Source of the DNA: a candidate division CPR2 bacterium GW2011_GWC2_39_35
GTDB lineage: Bacteria > Patescibacteriota > CPR2
Assembly (NCBI GenBank): GCA_000995065.1
Contig: LBWX01000001.1
Span: forward strand, 223,563 to 287,562
Direction of reading: 5' to 3'
Length of the DNA: 64,000 nt
The position numbers and the translations under genes were made by a program. This document shows, piece after piece, positions 53,461-62,639 of the stretch; position 1 is the first letter of the stretch; each line of letters opens with the position of its first letter. The notes below the pieces were generated by a model. The model had not been told where the DNA came from and ran no database searches. It saw only the letters and a program-made list of their open reading frames with translations.

Positions 53461-55584
53461 ATGAGAAAAAAGAAAGGAATCTTAAAAAAGGGAAATGTGT
53501 TTTATGACTCGCTACTAAGTTATTCGCATAACAAACGCTCTTTTACTGTTTATGGCCCACGTTCTTATGCAGATATTCTAATAAGGTCATTTTATGATTT
53601 TTCCCAAATGCTTAAAAAAATATTTTATAGTGTTTTATTCTTGTTCGGTTCCCTAGTTTTGGGGGGCACTATTTTATTCGGTTCAATTTTCTTCATTTAT
53701 TATAAATTTCTACCAACTCCAGCTTTAGCTGATCTCAGAAACATCCAGGCCAAAGGAGCAAGTATTTATGATAGGAATGGAGTGCTATTATACGATCTCC
53801 AAGATGGTGCCGAACATAAAAGGATGAAACTGTCAGAAGTGCCGGATACCCTCATTAAAGCGACCTTGGCAGTTGAAGACAAAGATTTTTACAACCATCG
53901 CGGCTTTGATCCAAGAGGAATCACGAGAGCAGCCTTAAATAACTTTACAAATAATGACAATATCCAGGGCGGATCTACTATTACTCAACAGCTAGTTAAA
54001 AATACGATTGTTGGCAACGAAGTAAGTATAAACAGAAAAATTAAAGAACTGGCCTTAGCCGTTAAAATTGATCGGGATTATGAAAAAAATGATGTTCTAG
54101 AAGCCTATCTAAATGATGTCTTTTACGGAAATAATTCGTGGGGTATTTCGGAAGCATCCGATCATTATTTTAACAAAACCCCCGCGGAGCTAACACTGTC
54201 AGAATCAGCCCTAATTGCCAGTTTGCCGACGGCTCCCACCAGATATTCTCCGTTATCTAGCATTGAGATAGCAAAAGAAAGGCAATCCGAGGCCTTAAAT
54301 CGAATGGTTAATCTTAATTATATAACCCCCGAAGAAGCCGAAAAAGCCGAAAAAGAACCAATTATTTTCAGCAACTTTCAAAACGAGATTAAAGCACCTC
54401 ATTTTGTAATGAAAGTTCTGGATATGATTGCCGATGAATTTGGTGAAGAAGAAATCACTAGAGAAGGGTTTAAAATTTATACAACCCTAGACTTAGCAAA
54501 ACAAGAAGCCGCCGAGGACATCCTAGCACGCCAAGTTAAAAGCTTAGCCAACCAAAATGTTTCTAACGGCGCTTTAGTGTCTATGGATCCAAAAACCGGC
54601 GAAATACTCTCTTATGTGGGCGGCGCCAATTGGTTTGATGACTTGAATTATGGCAAAGTCAATAATGCTGAAGCCAAGAATCAACCCGGATCCGCCATCA
54701 AACCGTTTGTCTATCTAAAAGCTTTCCAGACCGGAATGACAACCGGCACGGTTTTACATGATAAATCAACTGATTTTGGAGGCGGATATAAACCCAGAAA
54801 CTATGACGGAAAATTTAGAGGCAACGTACTGCCAAGAAGAGCCCTATCAAACTCTCTAAACATTCCGGCCGTAGAAGTATTAAAAAAAGTTGGAGTAGAA
54901 TCAGCTCTAGATACCCTAAGAAGTTTTGGAATAAATACCCTTGCCGATCCAACAAACTATGGTCTATCTCTAGTTCTTGGAGGCGGCGACGTAAAACTAA
55001 CCGAACTTGTTTTTGCGTACAGCGTCCTCGCTAATAATGGGGTAAAACAAGATCCAAACTTTGTAATCAGAATTGAAAATTCCAGAGGAGAAATTGTAAA
55101 GAATAGGAAAGATACTGTGCCTCAAAAAGTAATCGAACCGGAATATGCTTATTTAATTACCAATATCCTTTCTGACAATAACGCCAGAATCGAGATTTTT
55201 GGCCCGAATAGCCCCTTAAAATTATCCAGACCGGCCGCTGCTAAAACCGGAACAACCGATGATTACAAAGATTGCTGGACTATTGGATTTACTCCGGAAC
55301 TTGTAACCGGCGTTTGGATCGGCAATCCCAATAATGCCAAAATGGGCGGAGTAGCCGGAGCCATGGGTGCTGCGCCTATTTGGCATGATTTCATGGAAGC
55401 TGCCTTAAAAAATACTCCGCCCAGCAATTTTGAGATACCGGCCAATATTGTCTCGTTAAACATCTGTTTGGACGGCAAGAAAGCCGCTACCGGTGGAATT
55501 CAGGAAGTTTTTATTAAGGGAACTGAGCCAACGGCCGCCTGTAATATTTTAAAAAATAACAATAATCCCAAAAAAGCTCCTTAA
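53461..55584 (+). CDS. class A penicillin-binding protein (bifunctional glycosyltransferase GT51 / transpeptidase, PBP1A-type)
   Basis: GT51 motifs EDKDFYNHRGFD and GGSTITQQLVKN; TP motifs SAIKP (SxxK), SLN, KTGTT; N-terminal TM anchor. Confidence 0.9.
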   Translation: MRKKKGILKKGNVFYDSLLSYSHNKRSFTVYGPRSYADILIRSFYDFSQMLKKIFYSVLFLFGSLVLGGTILFGSIFFIYYKFLPTPALADLRNIQAKGASIYDRNGVLLYDLQDGAEHKRMKLSEVPDTLIKATLAVEDKDFYNHRGFDPRGITRAALNNFTNNDNIQGGSTITQQLVKNTIVGNEVSINRKIKELALAVKIDRDYEKNDVLEAYLNDVFYGNNSWGISEASDHYFNKTPAELTLSESALIASLPTAPTRYSPLSSIEIAKERQSEALNRMVNLNYITPEEAEKAEKEPIIFSNFQNEIKAPHFVMKVLDMIADEFGEEEITREGFKIYTTLDLAKQEAAEDILARQVKSLANQNVSNGALVSMDPKTGEILSYVGGANWFDDLNYGKVNNAEAKNQPGSAIKPFVYLKAFQTGMTTGTVLHDKSTDFGGGYKPRNYDGKFRGNVLPRRALSNSLNIPAVEVLKKVGVESALDTLRSFGINTLADPTNYGLSLVLGGGDVKLTELVFAYSVLANNGVKQDPNFVIRIENSRGEIVKNRKDTVPQKVIEPEYAYLITNILSDNNARIEIFGPNSPLKLSRPAAAKTGTTDDYKDCWTIGFTPELVTGVWIGNPNNAKMGGVAGAMGAAPIWHDFMEAALKNTPPSNFEIPANIVSLNICLDGKKAATGGIQEVFIKGTEPTAACNILKNNNNPKKAP

Positions 55585-55646
55585 AAAACTATAGAGACTT
55601 TAAAGACAGAGTTTTGATTATGACTATAACAATAAATACGCTCGAG

Positions 55647-56243
55647 CTAAACCTCTACCCGACCCTCTAAGGCTCTTGAGACCGTTAGCTGATCGGCATA
55701 TTCTAAGTCTGCTCCCATCGGCAGGCCAGAAGCAAGCCTTGTAACTCTTATCCCTAAAGGCAAAATCAATTTTTGCAGATATAAAGCCGTGGCCTCGCCC
55801 TCAAGATTGGGATTAGTGGCAATTATGACTTCCACGACCCCCCGATCCAGACGCTTCATAAGATGACCGATAGTTAAATCTTCCGGACCCATACCTTCAA
55901 TTGGAGAAATCACGCCGTTTAAGACATGATACTGGCCCCTAAATTGCCCTGTATTCTCGATCGCCAAGATGTCTAAAGGTTCTTCAACAACACAAATGAG
56001 ATTTTGGTCACGCCTTAGATCGTCGCAAATTTGGCAAGAATCACTATCGGTTAAACTACAACAAGAAGAGCAGCTATTGATGCCTTCAGTTATCCTTAGG
56101 ACTGCCTCGCCAAGTAGTCTCACATTGTCTTTGCTTTCCTTTAGCAAATAAAAGGCCAGACGTCCCGCAGTTTTTGGGCCAACACCCGGAAGTTTTGACA
56201 GTTCGTCAATTAAATTTTGTACAGATTTTGGTATAACTTGCAT
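55647..56243 (-). CDS. recR: recombination protein RecR
   Basis: HhH LPGVGPKTAGRLAFYLL, Cys4 zinc finger CSSCCSLTDSDSCQIC, Toprim domain. Confidence 0.92.
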   Translation of the reverse strand: MQVIPKSVQNLIDELSKLPGVGPKTAGRLAFYLLKESKDNVRLLGEAVLRITEGINSCSSCCSLTDSDSCQICDDLRRDQNLICVVEEPLDILAIENTGQFRGQYHVLNGVISPIEGMGPEDLTIGHLMKRLDRGVVEVIIATNPNLEGEATALYLQKLILPLGIRVTRLASGLPMGADLEYADQLTVSRALEGRVEV

Positions 56244-56564
56244 TTAAAAAATGTTCTTAAAACTTAAGTATATCGACTCAAAGAATTTCTCCCCTGCAAG
56301 GACAAAGTAAGAAACTATGAGCATAAGAGTTACAAAGGAAATCTTAACTAACTTATTGCCTCGGACAAATCCCTTAAAAGATCCTCGGCCTTCTTCATGG
56401 TATAAGTAATTCCAGACTGCGTAAAGAATAACAAAGAATATAACACACACCGGAATTAAGTAAAGCACCAAAACCAAGATAGCCCCGAAAGAGTTAAGAA
56501 CAATATTAACAAGACCAAGCAGAAAGTTTACTAAAAAATCAAAAAACTTCGGAATCGATTTCAT
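56244..56564 (-). CDS. small membrane protein (2 TM), hypothetical
   Basis: 106 aa, between ybaB and recR, no gap to recR. Confidence 0.4.
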   Translation of the reverse strand: MKSIPKFFDFLVNFLLGLVNIVLNSFGAILVLVLYLIPVCVIFFVILYAVWNYLYHEEGRGSFKGFVRGNKLVKISFVTLMLIVSYFVLAGEKFFESIYLSFKNIF

Positions 56565-56581
56565 ATGTATCCTCTTTTAAA

Positions 56582-56854
56582 CTAAAAGCCTAAACCCATT
56601 CCTTTTGCAATATTGGCTGCAATTTGCTGAGACTTTGTCACGGCCTGCTCTAAGGCCGACTTGATCTCTCTTTCTAGTTTCTCTAAGTTATTAACATCAA
56701 TTTGAGCTTTATCAATATTTACAGACTGAACTTTTTGCTCGCCATTTATAACTATATTAACAGCACCGGCATTAACTTCTACCACTTCCGCTCTTAATTT
56801 TTTCTGAAGTTCCTTAGCTTTTTTTACTAAATCGTACTTGTCTTTTAAGCTCAT
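56582..56854 (-). CDS. ybaB: nucleoid-associated protein YbaB/EbfC
   Basis: ~90-aa helical protein with C-terminal GMGLGF, conserved dnaX-ybaB-recR context. Confidence 0.75.
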   Translation of the reverse strand: MSLKDKYDLVKKAKELQKKLRAEVVEVNAGAVNIVINGEQKVQSVNIDKAQIDVNNLEKLEREIKSALEQAVTKSQQIAANIAKGMGLGF

Positions 56855-56908
56855 CGTCTCTCCTTATGGTTAATATGAAATTCTTGTTCTGATTATAGCA
56901 AAAGAGAA

Positions 56909-59224
56909 CTATCTTGTATACAGAGTGGCCTTAATTCCCTTATCTTTATTTTCCTCAAAAACCACTCTCTTATTCCAATTACTTAAAATGTCTTTTAGGG
57001 ATGGATCTTCCTCTCCCCTTCTTCCGATTATCCAAATTCTATTTCCAGAGTTTAACATGTTTCCTTTTTTTACCATGTAATCCTCGGGCCTGTCCCAAAA
57101 GAGAGATGATTCTCCATAACCGCTCGCCTTTTCATAAATAAGCTTTATTTCTTTGTCCCCAAAATAGTAGGTAGAATTTAAAAAAGTATAAAGACTTTCA
57201 GAAAAAACGACGTCACCCTCCTTTTTTTCGACAATTACTCTTTTATAAAGCTCATCCATGGGGATATCCATTTCTTTATGCATAAAATTAATCCCTATCG
57301 AAAAAACAATTAGAAACCCCAACCCAGACACCAATCTTAACTTTTTATCTGACACACTAGAAACAGCGCTTCCCCAAATAATTAACAATGCAACCCCAGA
57401 AAAAACAAAATAGCGATTCTCATACACCGGAACCACAAATAAGGAGAACAAAAACACAATCACCATTGGCAAATAGGCATAAATAAACATCAAAAAAGCC
57501 TCTTTAAATGGCTTTTTAAAGAATAAGAAAGTCGTAATTAAAACTAAGAAAATCCCTAAGACCCCGTAGATAAAATTAATATTGGATTCGTTGCCTACAA
57601 AACTATTAAAAGTTGCAAAACCTAAAACGCTTTTGGGAATAGTTTCAATAGTCATCCATTCCGGCAAGATCCAATAGTCGGATTTTATATGCTGAAACTG
57701 ACGCAAAACGACAGAAAACCAGGGCCCGTAAAAAATTATAATTATCAAATTAACTATAATCCATTTAAAATTGTAAATGCTTAATTTACCAATAAATCCT
57801 TTTATGCCAGGTTTCGATGAATAAGCTAATACTATAAACCAATGAACAATAATAGCCAAAAAAGCATAATATTGGGTATAAACAGCTAAAATCATGGCAA
57901 TAAGATAAGCCAAAAGAAAATTATCATTTTTATCTTTAACGTAGCAAAACAAAAAATATGTCCCGAGAGTCACTAAAAAAGCAACCAAACCGTACATCCG
58001 CGCTTCTTGCCCAGAATGAATCATTAAAGGCGAAAATGCAGCAAACAAGGAGGACCAAAAAGCAGCTCTTTTATTAAATATCTTTTGAACCAGAATGTAT
58101 ACCAAATAGATTGTTCCAATCGAAACAACAAGAGACAAACCCCTTATGGCCAGAATGGATCCCCCAAATAGAAAGGTCCAAAGTTTTACCACCATGTAAT
58201 AAAAAGGAGGATGAACATCCCGCGCCGTTCTCAGAATTATATCTTCTAAGTTAAAATGAGATAGCCACAGCGTATAACCTTCGTCATGAGAGACACCGGA
58301 ACCAATCTTATATAATCGTAAAAATAAACCGATTAGAACCGGATAAATCCAGCTATTTAGATAGACTTTTTTACGACTGATAACTTCATCTTTTAAGCTC
58401 TTCTTATTATAATAACCTCTAAAAAGCTTCCATTGAATTTCTATGATTTCAAAAAACGATTTAAATACATCTTTTACAGTGATGTTTGAGTCTTTCTCTT
58501 CATCATTCCAGTCCACCGGAACCTCAACAATCGAGAAACCGTATTTTTTAGCAATTACTAAAACCTCAGTATCAAAGCCAAATCCCGGCAGGGTAACCAG
58601 AGGAAAAATTGTATCCGCTGCTTTTTTTGAAAATATTTTAAATCCGCAACGACTATCCGTAAAACATTGACCCAGCAGCACAGTAAAAGCCAAATTTCCT
58701 CCCCGAGAAATAAATTGCCTTACCCGGCCTTGTTTTAGTCCGGCAGTATAGCTCCTGGCATGACCATAAATTAAAACGTCAATCACGTCCTTTGAGGCTC
58801 TAAAAAAAGACGGAAACCATTTTTTTGTCGGCACATTCAGATTATCCGTATATCTCGAGCCGATAACAATATCGTACTCGCGAACATATTTTAAAAGCTT
58901 ATCTACTTGGTTAAAATTTGTCGAATTATCGGCATCCATAAACATTTTAAAATCGCCCTTCGACTTGTAAATACCAGACTTGACTGCCGAACCCTTACCG
59001 CCTTTTCCGGGAGGATCAACGAAGACCTCAAATCTCGAAATTTTATTTTTTTTAGAGTTGGCGATTTTTACGGAACCATCGGAAGAGTGGCCATCCACAT
59101 AAATAATTTCGACATTGTAAGGTAACTTCGGAACATGCTTTATAATGTCATCAATTGTTTTCCCTAGCTCTACGGCCTGATTTTTACCAGGAATCACCAC
59201 TGATAGAAGTTCTTTTCGAACCAC
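56909..59224 (-). CDS. fusion protein: N-terminal GT2 polyprenol-phosphate sugar synthase (DPM1/GtrB-like) + GT-C-fold polytopic glycosyltransferase (PMT/ArnT-like) + C-terminal soluble domain
   Basis: GT2: VIPGKNQ, YVDGHSSDGS, FMDADNS, IGSRY; membrane part: first-loop HDEGY (DE motif), HPPFYYMVV (hPPl-type) and >10 TM helices. Confidence 0.7.
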   Translation of the reverse strand: MVRKELLSVVIPGKNQAVELGKTIDDIIKHVPKLPYNVEIIYVDGHSSDGSVKIANSKKNKISRFEVFVDPPGKGGKGSAVKSGIYKSKGDFKMFMDADNSTNFNQVDKLLKYVREYDIVIGSRYTDNLNVPTKKWFPSFFRASKDVIDVLIYGHARSYTAGLKQGRVRQFISRGGNLAFTVLLGQCFTDSRCGFKIFSKKAADTIFPLVTLPGFGFDTEVLVIAKKYGFSIVEVPVDWNDEEKDSNITVKDVFKSFFEIIEIQWKLFRGYYNKKSLKDEVISRKKVYLNSWIYPVLIGLFLRLYKIGSGVSHDEGYTLWLSHFNLEDIILRTARDVHPPFYYMVVKLWTFLFGGSILAIRGLSLVVSIGTIYLVYILVQKIFNKRAAFWSSLFAAFSPLMIHSGQEARMYGLVAFLVTLGTYFLFCYVKDKNDNFLLAYLIAMILAVYTQYYAFLAIIVHWFIVLAYSSKPGIKGFIGKLSIYNFKWIIVNLIIIIFYGPWFSVVLRQFQHIKSDYWILPEWMTIETIPKSVLGFATFNSFVGNESNINFIYGVLGIFLVLITTFLFFKKPFKEAFLMFIYAYLPMVIVFLFSLFVVPVYENRYFVFSGVALLIIWGSAVSSVSDKKLRLVSGLGFLIVFSIGINFMHKEMDIPMDELYKRVIVEKKEGDVVFSESLYTFLNSTYYFGDKEIKLIYEKASGYGESSLFWDRPEDYMVKKGNMLNSGNRIWIIGRRGEEDPSLKDILSNWNKRVVFEENKDKGIKATLYTR

Positions 59225-59227
59225 TCG

Positions 59228-60760
59228 CTAGCTCCCTTTTACAGTGTAAATGTTAAATAAAACTCTCTTAGAATATGGGGAAACATACCACCCCACGTCG
59301 CCACCTGGAAACTTTTCTTGGATTTTGGCTAGATACGGCTTGTCTGCTTCTGAAAAAACAAAAGTATTCTTATTAGAACTTAGTTTCAATTCCGGCAAGG
59401 AATTTAAAGAGACTTCTTTCATTTCTTTTGTCTCGAGTGCCTTAATAATATTACTTCTATCATTTTGCCAATAATATTTCGAGCTTTCATTGGGCAATCC
59501 ATTCAAAAATTGTGTCGCCGCCACCAAATCTTCGTTAAAAACTTGATAAACCTCAGGACTTCCTCGCCAAGCCCAAAAATATTTTTCTATATTGAATATA
59601 GCCGTCGTTGTCATCAGCCCCGCAAAGACGATCGCAGCTAAAGCTTTTGCCAATTTATTAAACGGAAATATCTTAGCCCAACTTGCAAGCGTCCAATCTA
59701 TTGCGAGTCCCGAAAAAATAAAAACAAAAGGAATGGCGCCAACGGCCTTAAAAACATAAAGATAATTATGAGAAAAAGCTGCCGGCATGAGGCTGGCAAA
59801 AAAACCTAAAATCAAGAATTGGTATTTAGTGCTATGAAAATATTTTAAAGCAATAATAAAACCGGATAAAAAGGATATGCCAACAAACGGATCCAATAAC
59901 GGTTCGTCTTTTAAATTAGTATGCCAGATAGCCGGCGTCTCAATATTAAATAGAAGCAAACTCTTAAAAACATTTTTAGCTAAGTTTATCGGCCCAGGCC
60001 AAAAAGAAAAAGCTATTTCCGGATGCCAGATCAAATATATAACCCCCGGAAGCATAAAGCTCATAACCAAGATCTCAAAAACAAATATTTCTTTCTCATA
60101 TTTTTTGAGTATTTTTGGCTTCTTATAAAAAGCATAAATAAAAATCGGTAAAAATAAAACGGGAATAAGCCAAAAAACTAAGCTCGAGTAAAAACCTAAC
60201 CCAACCAAAACCCCTAAGACAGCGAAATAAGATTTCCTTTTTTCCCTAAAAGCTAAGGAACCGAAAATCATCATAAGTAAAAATAACACCGGGATTATAT
60301 TGGCGTGGACAATAGACCTTGATACTAGTATCGGCCAAAAAGAGAATGCTGCTAAAAAAGATGCAACTAAAGCAATTCTCTGATTAAACCAAAGCCGGCC
60401 TAATAAATAGATAAGAAAAACCGTGAGAACACCTAAGATGGCTGAAAAAAACCTCAAGGCCATCAAATGGTTACCACCAAACAAATGACTAAAACCAAGA
60501 ACTCCCGCCCTAAATAGCATGTCAGGACCTATCTTAAAGCGATCTATCGACTGAAGGATCAATACCGCTTCGTCATTGTAAAGTCCGGGCGGTACCGAAT
60601 TTAAATCTATAAAACGGATAAAAATAGATGCGAGCAATATTGCAGAGAAAGTAAGTTCATGTTTGTAGGATTTTAAGAAAGCTAAAATAACGGGCCATAA
60701 CCCTATTTTAAACTTAATCCATATAATCTTTAATTTAGTTTTTATTTTGTAAATGCCCAT
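59228..60760 (-). CDS. GT-C-fold glycosyltransferase (ArnT/PMT-like, GT39/GT83 type)
   Basis: first periplasmic loop GLYNDEAVLI (DE motif), 12-13 TM helices, C-terminal soluble domain. Confidence 0.65.
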   Translation of the reverse strand: MGIYKIKTKLKIIWIKFKIGLWPVILAFLKSYKHELTFSAILLASIFIRFIDLNSVPPGLYNDEAVLILQSIDRFKIGPDMLFRAGVLGFSHLFGGNHLMALRFFSAILGVLTVFLIYLLGRLWFNQRIALVASFLAAFSFWPILVSRSIVHANIIPVLFLLMMIFGSLAFREKRKSYFAVLGVLVGLGFYSSLVFWLIPVLFLPIFIYAFYKKPKILKKYEKEIFVFEILVMSFMLPGVIYLIWHPEIAFSFWPGPINLAKNVFKSLLLFNIETPAIWHTNLKDEPLLDPFVGISFLSGFIIALKYFHSTKYQFLILGFFASLMPAAFSHNYLYVFKAVGAIPFVFIFSGLAIDWTLASWAKIFPFNKLAKALAAIVFAGLMTTTAIFNIEKYFWAWRGSPEVYQVFNEDLVAATQFLNGLPNESSKYYWQNDRSNIIKALETKEMKEVSLNSLPELKLSSNKNTFVFSEADKPYLAKIQEKFPGGDVGWYVSPYSKRVLFNIYTVKGS

Positions 60761-61221
60761 TTTTTGTAAAGGTTAAAGTTCCATACCATGCCAAAACCAA
60801 TCCCCCAGCATTTGGCAAAATTGTTTAATACAAATGAATAATTAAAAAAATTTGATAACCCGATTGATGATACTGCTTCATATGCCAAGTTGCCCGGAAA
60901 AATCCAGATTCTAGTTAAAAAATAAATAACCAATGTTTGAATACCATATACCCCAATAACAGTAACTAATAAAAACCTTACAATCTGACTAATTTTATAT
61001 TTACCGTCGCTCGCGTTAAAAGTCCAATTTTTATTGAAGTAAAAACTGTTGGCCATTGCAATACTTCCGGAAATCATGGAGGCAACATAAGGCGTTAAAA
61101 TTAAAATATTTATTGCCAAGTTATAGAATAAGATGTCTATAAAGGTGCTAGTTATCCCAACAACCGAAAATCTGCCCACTTCCTTTTTTGTCTTGCCGTC
61201 ACCAAAGGGCCTTAAAGTCAT
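60742..61221 (-). CDS. GtrA-family small membrane protein (polyprenol-phosphate-sugar flippase-like)
   Basis: 4 TM helices, FYFNKNWTF motif typical of GtrA-like proteins. Confidence 0.65.
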   Translation of the reverse strand: MTLRPFGDGKTKKEVGRFSVVGITSTFIDILFYNLAINILILTPYVASMISGSIAMANSFYFNKNWTFNASDGKYKISQIVRFLLVTVIGVYGIQTLVIYFLTRIWIFPGNLAYEAVSSIGLSNFFNYSFVLNNFAKCWGIGFGMVWNFNLYKKWAFTK

Positions 61222-61277
61222 TTAAGAAGATATCCTTTACTCATTAACTATCTTTTATATTATCAGAGATGTCATTA

Positions 61278-62639
61278 TTACGCACGTTTCTTTTCAAGAT
61301 TTTTAAAAGCCATCTGATCAGCCACGAAATAAAGTTCCACCTCACCCGTTGGTCCATTTCGATGTTTTCTAATTAGAATCTCGGCGATATTCTTTTTTTC
61401 CGTCTCCTTATTATAGACGGCATCTCTATAAACAAATAATACAACATCGGCGTCTTGCTCAATCGATCCGGATTCCCTTAGATCTGATAATTGTGGCCGC
61501 TTGTCGGGTCGATTTTCAAGCTGTCTTGAAAGCTGGGATAAAGCCACTACCGGAACATTTAATTCTCTAGCAAGACCCTTCAAGGACCTTGATATCTCAG
61601 AAATTTCCTGAACTCGATTGTCCGGATTTCGTCCCGTCATAAGCTGCAAATAGTCAACAATAACAAGCCCCAAACCGTGTTCTCTCTGAAGCCTTCTCGC
61701 TTTTGCTCTCATCTCCAAAACCGTAACTCCCGGTGAATCATCAATATAGAGCGGGGCTTCCGATAAAGTAGCCATTGCATGACCAATCTTTGGAAAATCA
61801 TCGTCATTTAGATTGCCCGTGCGGAGTTTCCAAGAATCAATTCCGGCTTCCGAACAGAGCAACCTATCCACAAGTTGCTCCTTTGACATTTCTAAGGAAA
61901 AAACACCAACCGGAATTCCTTCTTTTGAGGCGACGTGCTGAGCGATATTCATAGCAAGAGAGGTTTTACCCATCGATGGTCTACCGCCAATAATAATCAA
62001 ATCTGATGCTTGCAAACCAGCAAGCTTATTATCTAGTTCTTTATACCCGGTTGGTACACCTCTCAAGCTATCCTTATCCTTATGTAGCTGGTCTAACTTC
62101 TCAAAAGTATCAGTAAGAACAGACTTAATAGATAAAAAAGTTTGTTTATGATGCTTTTGGGAAACTGAAAACAAATTTTGTTCAGCTTTGTCTAAAATTT
62201 GATCCACATCGCTATCTTCGTCAGCAGTAAAAGCAATGATGTTTCCGGCTGCATCGATAAGGCGCCGTAAAATGGCTTTATCGGCTACAATCTTGGCATA
62301 GTTTTCTATATGCGCCGAGGAAATGACCGCACCGGCGAGACCGGCCAGATAAGAAGAACCGCCTATATTTTCCAACTCTCCTTTTCCACTTAGCCTGTTT
62401 GATAAAGTAATAAGATCAATTGGCTCTCTTTTTTCAAAAAGTTCCAACATGGCCCCGTAAATTTTTTCGTGCGTTCCTTTATAAAAATCTTCGGCTGCTA
62501 AGATATCGACAATCTTAATGATGGCATCTTTATCAATTAAGAGACATCCTAAAACCGAAACTTCAGCTTCAACATTTTGAGGCGGAATCTCTCTTAACCC
62601 CTCCACTTTATCCGGTTTTTTTCTTTGATTCTCTGCCAT
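61278..62639 (-). CDS. dnaB: replicative DNA helicase DnaB
   Basis: N-terminal DnaB domain, Walker A GGRPSMGKTS, H2-H4 motifs, RecA-like fold. Confidence 0.92.
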   Translation of the reverse strand: MAENQRKKPDKVEGLREIPPQNVEAEVSVLGCLLIDKDAIIKIVDILAAEDFYKGTHEKIYGAMLELFEKREPIDLITLSNRLSGKGELENIGGSSYLAGLAGAVISSAHIENYAKIVADKAILRRLIDAAGNIIAFTADEDSDVDQILDKAEQNLFSVSQKHHKQTFLSIKSVLTDTFEKLDQLHKDKDSLRGVPTGYKELDNKLAGLQASDLIIIGGRPSMGKTSLAMNIAQHVASKEGIPVGVFSLEMSKEQLVDRLLCSEAGIDSWKLRTGNLNDDDFPKIGHAMATLSEAPLYIDDSPGVTVLEMRAKARRLQREHGLGLVIVDYLQLMTGRNPDNRVQEISEISRSLKGLARELNVPVVALSQLSRQLENRPDKRPQLSDLRESGSIEQDADVVLFVYRDAVYNKETEKKNIAEILIRKHRNGPTGEVELYFVADQMAFKNLEKKRA

